Positions 1 through 11,054 of a DNA stretch of 64,000 nucleotides are shown one piece after another. Position numbers and translations under genes: made by a program. Origin of the DNA: Takakia lepidozioides. Taxonomy: Eukaryota; Plantae; Bryophyta. Position 1 is the first letter of the stretch. Each line of letters begins with the position of its first letter. The stretch lies in contig CM060734.1 in NCBI GenBank assembly GCA_030704615.1, positions 13,268,001-13,332,000 on the forward strand. The letters run 5' to 3'. The notes beneath the pieces are model-generated. The model did no database searches and was not told where the DNA came from. It was given only the letters and a program-made list of their open reading frames with translations.

Positions 1-1461
1 ATATTGGAAAATGTGGTTTTTCCCGTGTTGGAGGTACCGCCATTTGTGGCCCTACACCCTGCCCTTTGACAGGTGTTGGTCCTCCTGTTGGTGTCGGTCC
101 TTGAGGACCTGCTGTTGTAGTGGTGGAACTCCCACCAGGTGCTGGCCCCTAAGCACTCCCTGCTGCTGGCTCTTCTGTACTTACAGTATTCCCAGCTCCA
201 GTTGCACTACTTCCCACACTCCGTGTCCCCCCAGAGCCAGATCCAAGCTGCCCGCCTGATCCCCCTGAGCCGACACCTTTGTTGGCATGTGATTCAAGTG
301 CTCCACTTGATCCAGGTCCAACAGGTTGGGATGTCCTGGTTGTAGTCTCAACCTCAACTGTTGGGTCTACTTCTTCATACTCTTCATCTTCCAAATTCTT
401 CTTTCTATTTTCATCTTCCAAGTTCTTCTCTTGGATTTCCTCTTCCTCACTCATATAACTCAATTGAAGTGGTGTTGGAGAGTCTGAACTCTCCGTTGGC
501 TCTGCCACATCTTCCTCTCCTTCTTTGTCTTGTAATTCAGAAACTAGAGTTCCTGCTTTTGGTGTCCCATGCCAACTCTGATCAAAGATTTCTGTCAAAT
601 CTTTAATCCAGGGATGTATCTCAGATCTCTCCCCTCGTGGCTGATCTTCTTCCTGTACCAAATCCCTTAATCTTTCTTGTAAGGAAAAAGAAGGAGTGGC
701 ATCCAACTCTGGTTCTTCCGGTATGGGTGATGTACTCTCTGGTCTTAATGGTGTGAGAGGTCCAGATGATTCCCCTATGTCTATTCCTCTCTCCCAAAGA
801 GGATAATTAGCTTTCAAATAACTTTTTTTTTTGCTGAATATCTGTGGAGTCTAGCTTCTCTTTCATCACTCATGTCCCATGTCTTTCATATCTTTAATGA
901 GGCAATAACCAAAACTTTCTTCTATAGTATCTCTCGTATATGCCTGGATTTCTTTCAAGCTTTAATGCACCCTTGGCTATACTAGAAGTCTTTGTTACCA
1001 TATAACCATATGGCAAGCACGTCTGGAAAGCTGTTCTTGGTGTCAGTTTGATCCACAGGATATCCTTAGGAATCCAATTCTTTACCAGTACAAGTTCTTC
1101 ATGCATATGAGTGTAAACATTCACTTTCCGTTCCTCCCAGTCTTCAAACTCCACTCGTTCAATGGATACCAATGCTATCACATAAACCAGTGTTGGTAAC
1201 CAACTTGCTCTCCCTCTACAGGCCACTTGATAAATCTTTATCACTCATTTCTCCAAACCCCACTCAGGATCAGCATCATGCACTCTCTTAAGAATGTTTT
1301 CTTTGCAACCGTCTGGCAATTCCAAGAATCTATGAAAGAATTGTTTGGACAATCTTTCTTTCTCAGTTCCACAGGGAATTTGATTCACATCAAATTCTTT
1401 GATTCTCCAACCACCATAATCCCACCAGATGCCTGTCACATCTAGTTGTTCTTGACTCAGG

Positions 1462-1479
1462 TCCCCAGTATGGTCGCCA
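1462..1479 (-). promoter_or_regulatory. Primer-binding site, tRNA-Arg type
   Basis: TGGCGACCATACTGGGGA lies 2 nt after the LTR CA and resembles the plant Arg-primed PBS TGGCGACTCCACTGGGGA. Confidence 0.7.
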
Positions 1480-1481
1480 AA

Positions 1482-2242
1482 TGTCAAGCGGCTTTTACTC
1501 ACCCATCCCTTTGCTATCCAAGGTGGGAACTCCAAGATAGAAGAGTTGGATATCTCTAAGCACTCAGCCCGCTCAGAACAACCAGTCATGACCTATAACT
1601 AGTGTATCATGGGAGTGCTTCATGTTTGTATTCCTTCTTGTCTTCATGTCAGCAAGTTACCTTATTGTTATATTTAAGTATCAGATTGCTTCAGCAATCT
1701 ACCAGGTTCCAATCACTCATCCATTCATTCCACAGCTTCACTCAGGTCTCTCTACACAGTGCGAGTATGGAATATGTATCAGATTAAGATCTATCAAGTA
1801 TCAGGCCGAAGCCATGGTGTCTCTAATATGCTCTACAGTACATCTCTACAGCTTGCATGAATCAAGCATCAACAGTTCGTGTCTCCTCCTTCATTGCGCT
1901 CTCCATCCCTCAGCTCCCGATCGTCCTTCTCTCCCTGATGGCCAAGTCGTGATCCCCAAGAAGTCCTCTCCCCGTTGCTACTCTGCCTTTTCTATCTGCA
2001 AACTGTTGTAACTGCCTAACTAACTAACTGCCATCCAGACAGAATATACGTTCCCTCTGCCGATGGCGTTCCCACACAGTCGTTCCCTGCCATGGTAACC
2101 GTTCCTTGCGAATGCTGTGACAGCTGTGCCAAATTGTGTCAGCTGTGACTGGCTGTGTTGGATTGTGTTGAGCTGTGTTTTCGGGTTGTGACTGACTATG
2201 TTGGACTGTGTCGAGCTGTGCCGGGCTGTGACTGGCTGTGTC
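1482..2242 (-). repeat. 5' LTR of element A, lacking its first ~140 bp
   Basis: Ends CCGCTTGACA on the minus strand, matching CCGCTCGACA at 10501-10510. The match to the other LTR stops inside the CACAG array. Confidence 0.9.
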
Positions 2243-3500
2243 AATCGTCAATTAGACAAACTATCCAGGTTCAATCAATGGTCTGGTATGGAGCTCAGTC
2301 TGCATAAATGCGTCGTTACCGCAGCCACCCATCACAGTAAGCTCTCCAAAACCACTATTGCTTCACACTATAAGCTGCACATTCAGTACCTTAACAAAAA
2401 CTTCCCATTCTTAGGACCGGACGAACCATACACCTACCTCGGTATTCAACTTGTCCCTTCGCTCACATGGCATTTGCAAAAAAGTGCTACTCTTTCTAAA
2501 CTAACTGATAGAAGCTTGGCCCTCCTCAAGGCCCCTGTCTCCATACATCCCAAACTCTCACTAATTCAATCTGTTCTTAAGCTACAAGTCCAATACTCCT
2601 TCCATGCCGCACCCTTCTCCCTTCTTGATGTCAAACTGATTGACAAACACTTCATACAACTCACGAAACGTATATGTGGTCTCCCGACCAGCACCCCTAA
2701 CGTCTTCACCCAGCTACCCACAAATATCTATGGCATTGGCACCAGCCCACTAATTACCTCCTACGCCCGTACCCTCGGCACACAACTTCTAGAAGCTCTC
2801 AATGACCCCGGGCGACTGGGCCTTATCTATAGGGGCCTCCTCCAATCCCTCGCCACCAAATATAATGGCCTCTACTCCCTACCCACTCTTCACCCACAAT
2901 CCTGCTGGCACTCCCCCACTGCTCATACTTTGCATATCTTATGCCATATGAACATTAGTATACAAACCGATCTTCCGAACTACCCCAACTCCATCTCCCC
3001 TCTCGAACAAGCATGGCTGAATAGTCCATCCCTCTCCGAATTTGAGAACTCTCATCCCCGCCAAAAAACACCTATCCTTACCTACTTCAAAGAGAAACAC
3101 ATTACAACGCTCGCTCAACTTACCACAGCTTCTGGATATTGGCTACTCACCCCAGTGAGTTCACACTCAAATACTCCAGAGCCACAGTTAAAACATGTAG
3201 GTTCCTCTTCTACCTCCGCTCACTGTTCTGCCATCAATCCGCCTCCTGCACACTTGAGTGCGACCTACCATGCACTCTCTTCCCTCACAACAAACAAGAC
3301 CTTCTCCCTCGATATAGGGCACCCCCGGCCCTTCTATGCTCCACATGCTTAATGTTTCCCGAGCTATGTCGGACCCTGTCAGTCCCGCCAGCCCCTCTTC
3401 CCTACCCTCCCACCCCACCCCCCATGGTGCGGAGCCGCTCATGATCACACCCTCCACCCCCATTCTAGAGTCCCCCCACACTACTACCAAACCCTCAACT
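2243..3500 (+). mobile_element. LINE RT C-terminal half (post-YADD and thumb region)
   Basis: ORF 2198-3352 contains NRQLDKLSRFNQWSGMELSLHKC, YTYLGIQL and YGIG. Confidence 0.85.
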
Positions 3501-3504
3501 TCTC

Positions 3505-4065
3505 GAGGATGCCCTGGAAAAGGGCAAAGAGGTCCATGGTGACATTGTCAAACTGGAATTGTACCCAATGTCATTCTGAACTCTACCCTGGTGGACATGT
3601 ATGCCAAATGTGGGAGCATTGTGGATGCAAAAGGAGTGTTCAACACTATGGCTGGTCGAGATGTGGTGTCGTGAAACGCGATGCTTGCAGGGTATGCACA
3701 GCAGGGGCGCGAGATGGAGACCTGGGAGACGTATGAGCAATTGATGGGGGAAGGGGTGAAGTGCAACCATGACATCACCTTTGTGTGCGTTTGCAATGCT
3801 TGTGCAAGCCTAGCAGCCCTGGAAAAAGGACAAAGAGGTGCATGGTGCCATCGCCAAAGCTGGAAATGTAGCAGATGTGATTCTGAATAATACCCTCGTG
3901 GACATGTATGCCAAATGTGGGTCCATCGAGGATGCAAAAGGCAATGTGTGATAAGATGGCTGAACAAGATGTGGTATCATGGAGCGCGATGATCGCAGGA
4001 TATGCCTACCAGGGTCACGGGATGGAGGTTTTGGATACCTATGAGCAAATGATGGGCAAAGGGTA
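3505..4065 (+). pseudogene. PLS-class pentatricopeptide repeat gene fragment
   Basis: Frameshifted motifs TLVDMYAKCGSI (twice), DVVSWSAMIAGYA and ITFVCVCNACASLAALEKG. Confidence 0.85.
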
Positions 4066-4124
4066 CCACCGACAGTTTGGAGGCTGTGATGGCTGTATAT
4101 GTGTGGGGAAAAAGAAGCGAAGGG

Positions 4125-5058
4125 ATAGAGTATGGGTCCAGATTCATCCAAGAGGGCCAGATGTCGAGCACAAGATTAAACCTATGATTCCCCGTGGATT
4201 AATAGCTACAAGAAACCTGCAAGGGTAGGTGGTCAACTGGCAGCAACGGCACAATTGATAAAATCAGGCACCTTCTTCAACACATTTCAGCCTGTTTTTC
4301 CCTCTTATCTGAATCGGCCCTAAATTTTCATGTTGATTCTGCAAGTTAGCTGGTTGAGTGAATTTAGTTTGGAGTGACTTTGACATGATACTGCCAATGT
4401 AACACCAGGAAAGTATCCAGAAACAGGTAACAGAGACGTGGAGAAGCTGTGGAATGAATACTTTCTGACCCCAGTCAATGGTGGGACAATCGAGGCAAGA
4501 AGGTGAATGCCTGCTGGATTACCAAGAGTAGCAGATGCCATTGAGCATAGGAACTAGTGTGATTATAAGTTGAGTTGGGTGTTTCCTAGAAAAAATCTAG
4601 GCTGTCATTGTCAGCTGCTAGCAGCAAGGCAAGGATGTATGCATGATCTATGTAGAGGCATGGATAGCTAAAGGGGCAGGGAGAGAGTGTGGGTCCAGAT
4701 TCATCCAAGAGGGCCGGATTTCAAGCTCCAGATTACCTATGATTCCATGTGGAAGGATGACTACAAGAAACCTGCATGGGTAGATGGTCAATTGGAAGCC
4801 GCAGCAGCAACAACACAATTGATAAAATCAGGCACTAGTAATCAAGGCACCTTCTTCAACACAATTCACCCTGTTTTTCCCTCTTATCAGAATCGGCCCT
4901 AAATTTTCATGTTGACTTCTGCAAGTTAGCTAGTTGAGGTGAACCTTTGATAGTTTTGAGTGACTTATACTGCCAATGTGACAATAGGAAAGTATCCAAA
5001 AACAGGTAACAGAGACGAGGAGAAGCTGTGGAATGAATACTTTCTGACCCCACTCAAT
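4125..5058. repeat. Imperfect ~370-bp direct duplication (4125-4480 vs 4683-5058)
   Basis: Shared blocks GGGTCCAGATTCATCCAAGAGGGCC, CACAATTGATAAAATCAGGCAC and GAGAAGCTGTGGAATGAATACTTTCTGACCCCA. Confidence 0.85.
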
Positions 5059-5423
5059 GTTTCACGGTTCAGGGTTTAGCCTATGTCTCTATTTCAGGGG
5101 TGGAATGATTTGCCAAGTACATTTTGTTGCCACCACATGATAGATATATAGCTGAGTAGCTTGTAGCTCAGCTACGATGCCTACTGAACCATTTCAGAAA
5201 TGGGGACTAGACTTTGTTGGACCAATTAATCCACCAGCCAGAAATACACATAACAAGTATATAATCACAGCCACTGATTATACTAGAAAATGGGTGGAAG
5301 CTAAGGCTTTGAGGGACAACACAGCTAAGTCCATAACAAGGTTCCTGTATGAGAAAAAGGACCTTATGTCATACAGAAGATGTATGATAACAACACAACC
5401 ATGTTACAACCATTAACAAAGAG

Positions 5424-8400
5424 ATGCTTGGTAGAGTCAATGCCAGTAAGTTAAAGGGATACAGTGGTATCCATGATAAACCATTGCAGCATGATTTGCA
5501 TCTTGAAACACAGATGCAGTCACAGCCTACATCGGTAACACCAAGGGAGCATGAATTAGCACTTATCGTTAAGCCGAAGGTGTATGGCCATCGCAAAGAA
5601 CACGGGTGTTCACATAGCTATCACAGCCCACCACAGTTTGACACAGCATATCACAGCCCACCACAGTTTGACAGAGCATATCACAGCCTACCACAGTTTG
5701 ACAGAGCATATCACAGCTCACCACAGTTTGACACAGCCTGTCACAACCCAACACAACCCACACAGGTTGCACAGTCCATAGGGTCAGTGACAAGTGGACG
5801 CGGGTTAACGTCAGGAAAGTGGCCGGTGAGTGTAAAAGAAGTTTGGAAGTCAAACTCGGAGAATGTGCCACGCGGACAGAGGAAAACGTTAACGTCAGGA
5901 AAGTGGCCGGTGAGTGTAAAAGAAGTTTGGAAGTCAAACTCAGAGAATGTGCCACGCGGACAGAGGAAGACGAGAGCATGTTTAAAATCGAACACGTGGC
6001 CTAAGGGGCAAAGCGCTCCGTATTGCATGTACTGCAATAGCGGGTGCCATCATGCAAGAAGACAAACAGGGCCGTCAAAGTACCTACCCGGTACCTCAGC
6101 CGAAACTAATTACGGGCCCATTAATGCATCCAAGGGACATGTAACAAAACCTCTTACGCGTCCAACAAAGGGGGACCTTTGCCACATGTGCAGTCCTAGT
6201 GGGCATTCCAAGTGGGAATGTGAACAGATGGGGGTAAAATTGAGAAGTTACCCAATGAGGCAACAGCCAATCAGGAACGAGAATTTCATGCAAGTGGTTC
6301 CCTCCAAGAAACAAGAACAAGAAATTAAAAATGTTATGAGCGGAAGAGTAGGGGTTGCTCCGAATAACCAGCATCTCGACGGGAGGGGCAATCAATCAAA
6401 GCTATAGCTTTGTAGCTATGGCGTGGGATGAAGAGAATTAGGGGAATGGAGGATCTTAGGGTGAAGAGCACCACGATTCTACAGAAGCAGACAATTGCTA
6501 CACCACAGGCAGTGCAGCTGCTGAAGGAGTTACGATTGGAAGGGCTGCTACGCAAAGAGTGGTCCTTGCATCATCGGGGGTTGATGATTCAATTTATTCA
6601 GAACTTTGAGCCTCGGACAGGAGTTACTCAGGTGAAGGGAGTGGATATAGAGATTACTCCCCAGTACCTGCAACAACTGTTCGAATTGCCATCTGGTCAG
6701 GTGAATGTGGATGAGCACAGGGCAAGATTGCAAATAGGGGATTTGTTCCAAGAAACGAGTTTCTTTAGGACCCAGGGATACACCTGCACCAAGGCCGAGT
6801 ACCCAGGGTTAAGGGAAGTTGGCCAAATACTGAACGTTCTGTTTGCCATGAAACAGAATCAACAGTACCTTAGTAGATCTTTCACGGATGAGGTACTGAA
6901 AGCCTTGAGAGGAGAGGATGTAGCTTGGGCAGACATGATGTTCAATGGTTTGGTAGAGGAGATGAAGTGGTTACAAAATACTACTGCTAAGTCCCCGATC
7001 ATTGTGTCTGGCCCAATAATTACGCAAATTATCTTTGACTCTTGTTTGCTTGATGCGCGAGAACGCAAGGAGATGAGAGTGTTTGAGACAGCCACAACTG
7101 CAGTTGAGGAGCAAGGCTCTTCACAAGGTGAAGGGGGATTGGAGGGGCAGCACCAGTCCAAGAGACAGAAGCGGGATGCGATTGTAGTGGCAGAAACCAC
7201 AAGATGTTGTTTCCATAGCTCTTGTGCAGGATGAGGAGCAGCACAGGGGGCTGTTATTGCTGAAAGCACGACCTTTGGAAAGGAGGAAGAAGTTACTTCA
7301 ATGCCACAACCACCACAGTCAGTTGACTCGGTTGCCCCAGGGGTAACTCAGATTGTACATGCTGTCACACCGGAGCCTCTTGCTGTGGAAGGAGAAGGGT
7401 TGGACATCCCCACTATAGAGCAGGTAGTGGCAGAAATTGAGAAGGATGACCTTCTCTATGAAAACTCTGGCATGGTCGGAGAACCAGTAGCACCAAAGAT
7501 GCAGAGTCTGACCAAGGGAATCCCTGCTGTGCAAGTCATGCCCAAACTTGTGGAGGAGGTTGAAGGGGTAGAGTGCAAGGGCACGACATCACCTATGGAG
7601 GATGAGGTTGTTCAGGAAGAAGATCCTGTGGGATCATGGCCTGACTGGTTTGTGAAACATCAAACTGTGGAGGACTAGGGAGAACAGCAGCAAGTTCTCC
7701 ATGAAGGCCCACAGCAGGCCATGTTTATGAGCTCCATAAGCAGGACACTTAATTTGTTGGGCACCTATGTGAAATCCCATGTTCCTTCCATGCAATTGGC
7801 AGCATTGAGGGAGGAGCTCAAGCAAGAGTTTAAGGCAAGAATTGCCACTGAGTGTGCAAATAAGGTGGTCTCATTGCTGACTTGAAAGCTACTATCCGTC
7901 GCAATGATGATACCTTTCAACAGTACAGTCAGGTTGAGGCTCAGAAGGACAGGTACATCCTTGAGTTGCAACAAACACTCACAGCACGAAAGAATGAGCT
8001 TTCTGTGACAAACAAGGCTTGGAAGGAAGCCAATAATTTGTCTGCTGCCTATGCAGCTCTGGTTGAACCTCATGCGAAGCGTATGGAGAGTTTGTAGCAG
8101 CAGTTGCAAACGTATAGACTCAAGGAGGAGTAGGATCTCAGGGGTGCTACACAGGACTTGGTGGATAATCATCTTTTGCAAGTGTGGTTAACACAAGGGC
8201 CGGTGGAAGGGAAGGCACCAAGGAAGCTCACCCAAGAGGAGATGAATGATCTCAGACTGCAGGTGCAGAACATTGCCACAACCACTATAGACAATGTCTA
8301 TAGTCGAATAGCTGAGTTGTAGGATGATGTGGAAGAGCTGCAGACTCAAGTGGATGACTTGAGCTCCAACATTGACAAAAGAGCCTTTGTTCCCGAGGAA

Positions 8401-9582
8401 CAGCTGGTGGCTGCTTATTTGCATGCGCGGACTCTGATTTTCCAATCCTCATCACAGGAGGTGCAGGACTTGCCAACAACAGGAGGGACAGTGGCGCCAA
8501 TATCACAGCAACCATAGCAGGTCGACACTGTTGATACCATGGCTTTGTAGCAATCTGAGGTTTGGGGGGATGCTTCTTTTAACCCTCCTAAGACTCCTGC
8601 TGCACTTGAGTACAATCGGACTATGATTATGCCCTTCAACCAAATTCCCATTGTGATAGATTTGGCTTGGAAGGAATTGAGTCCTCCACAGTCTTTGGCA
8701 CACTGTTACTAGATCATGCGCATTTGGTTGCCAGTGGTGACTCGGACTAAGGTTCTTCCAAATAACCGACCCATTGAAGATCATCATTTTGCAAGGTACT
8801 GGGTCTGAGGCAGGCACCATGCTGAAGGAATTAATTGCCTTCCAGATTGTTCATGGGTACATGGTTTATACTATACTACTTGTTTCATTGCACGCTATCA
8901 CATTGAGCAGCAGAAGATGCAGACGAGATTTCAGAGTTATTCCACTAGGGATCATTGGGTCTTACCTTCAGTTCCACCCCATACGTATCTGTATGATGTG
9001 AGGATCATGTTGCAGAAGGATCCCCAACTTCGTTCTTGGTTCAACTTTGCTTTGGACAATTTGGCCAAAGAAAAATTGGACCTTGACGATCTTTTTTATA
9101 AGGGACATGAAGTCAGGAAATACTTACAATGTTCCAAGGTCGTTGGCACACCCCTCATCTATACGGACAAGGAGCTCCGGGAGTACACTAATTTTGCTTG
9201 CAAGATAATGATGCAGGTTTTAAAGTTTAAACTTCCAGACATGGTGGGCAAACATTGTGTGCCACGCAGGATTCCCGAGAAGATCAGAGCACCGAAAGTC
9301 CACATGGGGGAAGATGATTCTAATACAACTGTTTCTATGGAGGAACCTTTTGACATGGCTGAGGACTATGCACTACAAATGGCAGAGAAGAAACGACGGG
9401 GATCTCCTATGCCTGAGAAGTTACCTCCTTATCAACCAAAGGAAGGACAGACGTTTCCATTTGGTGACCAGTCATCTCCACCAGCCAGTGATAGGGCCCG
9501 GGCTCGCACACAGAGCCCTCCACGGGACTTTCACCGACAAAAGGGTGTTCGTTCACAAAGGTTTGCTGATCCTAAACAGTAA
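5424..9582 (+). pseudogene. Disrupted accessory ORF region downstream of pol (Zn-knuckle-like peptide, plant-retroelement extra-ORF domain, coiled-coil region)
   Basis: Co-oriented ORFs 5424-6407 (CHMCSPSGHSKWEC), 6428-7234, 7301-7678, 7882-8097, 8329-8517 and 8917-9582. Confidence 0.6.
5612..5970 (+). repeat. Tandem repeats: 30-bp unit x~4 and 84-bp unit x2
   Basis: AYHSPPQFDT/R peptide repeats, and GTTAACGTCAGGAAAGTGG at 5804 and 5888. Confidence 0.9.
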
Positions 9583-9620
9583 ACCGTGAGGACATGGCTT
9601 TTTGAGAAGGGGAGGGGTAA

Positions 9621-10510
9621 TGTTAGAGGGCTATCTGGGACTTAGACAGTTTTACGGGTTTTGTGGGGTACCCTTAATTTTTGCGCAGACTTACGGATGG
9701 TAGACTTAGACCAACACAGGCTTTAGGGGTGGTACACAGCCTTACATAGTCTATCACAGCCCGACACAGCCAGTCACAGCCCAGCAGAGTTCGACACAGT
9801 CCAACACAGCCAGTCACAGCCCGGCACAGTCCGACACAGCAGTCACAGCTGACACAGTTTGGCACAGCCGTCACAGCATTCGCAGGGAACGGTTACCATG
9901 GCAAGGAACGACTGTGTGGGAATGACATCGGCAGAGGGAACGTATATTCTGTCTGGATGACAGTTAGTTAGTTAGGCAGTTAGAACAGCTTGCAGATAGA
10001 AAAGGCAGAGTAGCAACGGGGAGAGGACTTCTTGGGGATCACGACTTGGCCATCAGGGAGAGAAGGACGATCGAGAGCTGAGGGATGGAGAGCGCAATGA
10101 AGGAGGAGACACGAACTGTTGATGCTTGATTCATGCAAGCTGTAGAGATGTACTGTAGAGCATATTAGAGACACCATGGCTTCGGCCTGATACTTGATAG
10201 ATCTTAATCTGATACATATTCCATACTCGCACTGTGTAGAGAGACCTGAGATGAAGCTGTGGAATGCATGAATGAGTGATTGGAACCTGGTAGATTGCTG
10301 AAGCAATCTGATACTTAAATATAATAGTAAGGTAACTTGCTGACATGAAGGCAAGAAGGAATACAAACAGGAAGCACTCCCATGATACACTAGTTGTAGG
10401 TCATGACTGATTGTTCTGAACGGGCTGAGTGCTTAGAGATATCCAACTCTTCTATCTTGGAGTTCCCACCTCGGATAGCAAAGGGATGGGTGAGTAAAAG
10501 CCGCTCGACA
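9621..10510 (+). repeat. 3' LTR of element A (890 bp, TG...CA)
   Basis: Starts 3 nt after the PPT, ends CCGCTCGACA, and has an inverted partner at 1482-2242. Confidence 0.92.
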
Positions 10511-11054
10511 AGTTTATGAGCGAGAATGGCGAGATCGTCCGCATACGCGGCTGCAGAGATTGCGTTGGTAGAGGTTTTGTAATGATAGCCTAAGTTACCA
10601 CGATCAATCCATCTAAGGAGAGGTTCCAAGAAGATAATAAAAAGGTAGGGGCTTAAGGTATCCCCTTGGATGGTACCGCATAGGATAGGGATGGGGGGGG
10701 GGTGGTGCCATAGTATGAGCTGCCGGAGTATTCCGTGGTACTCCCGTTGTAGATGTTATCTATGAGTTGAATAACATCAGAAGGGTAACCCAGGTCTGTC
10801 ATGATTGCGAGAAGTCGAGCATGGTCTAGGGATCCATAGACGTTTTTAAAGTCAATGTAGAGGAGATAGATGTCTTGTTTGGTGAGTTTGGCATCTTCAA
10901 GGGCGGAGATAACATATTGTATTTGTCGGGTGGTACTTCGTGTGGCTCGGAAGCCTTCCTGGGGATCACTGAGGATACGGTGGTGTTCCCCATACCTGGA
11001 GAGCATTGTGGTCAGCAGGCTAGTAAAGAGTTTATATATAGTGTTTGTTCGCAC
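10511..11054 (-). mobile_element. LINE RT N-terminal half, cut by the element A LTR just after YADD
   Basis: PQEGFRATRST, LYIDFKNVYGSLDH, GTIQGDTLSPYLFIIFLEPLLRW and YADDLAILAHKL followed directly by LTR. Confidence 0.9.

Larger units (their letters stand above)
1..2242 (-). mobile_element. 5' part of Ty3/gypsy LTR retrotransposon 'element A' (5' LTR, PBS, leader ORFs), continuing beyond the left edge
   Basis: 1482-2242 is the reverse complement of most of the LTR at 9621-10510. On the minus strand it is followed by a PBS and then ORFs 1245-1589, 894-1244 and 149-817. Confidence 0.85.
5170..10510 (+). mobile_element. 3' part of Ty3/gypsy element A: integrase remnant, ~4 kb extra-ORF region, PPT, 3' LTR
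   Basis: Integrase [13 protein letters not shown]...[14 protein letters not shown] (5177-5350) and C-terminal GRVNASKLKGY. PPT GAGAAGGGGAGGGG at 9604-9617. LTR TGTTAG...CTCGACA. Confidence 0.88.

Noticed and set aside
5612-5970. CRISPR-like array
   Set aside because: These are head-to-tail tandem units without unique spacers, in a eukaryotic context with no cas genes.
1482-10510. Long terminal inverted repeats of a DNA transposon
   Set aside because: The repeats have a PBS on one side and a PPT on the other and flank split LINE halves, so they are LTRs separated by an inversion.
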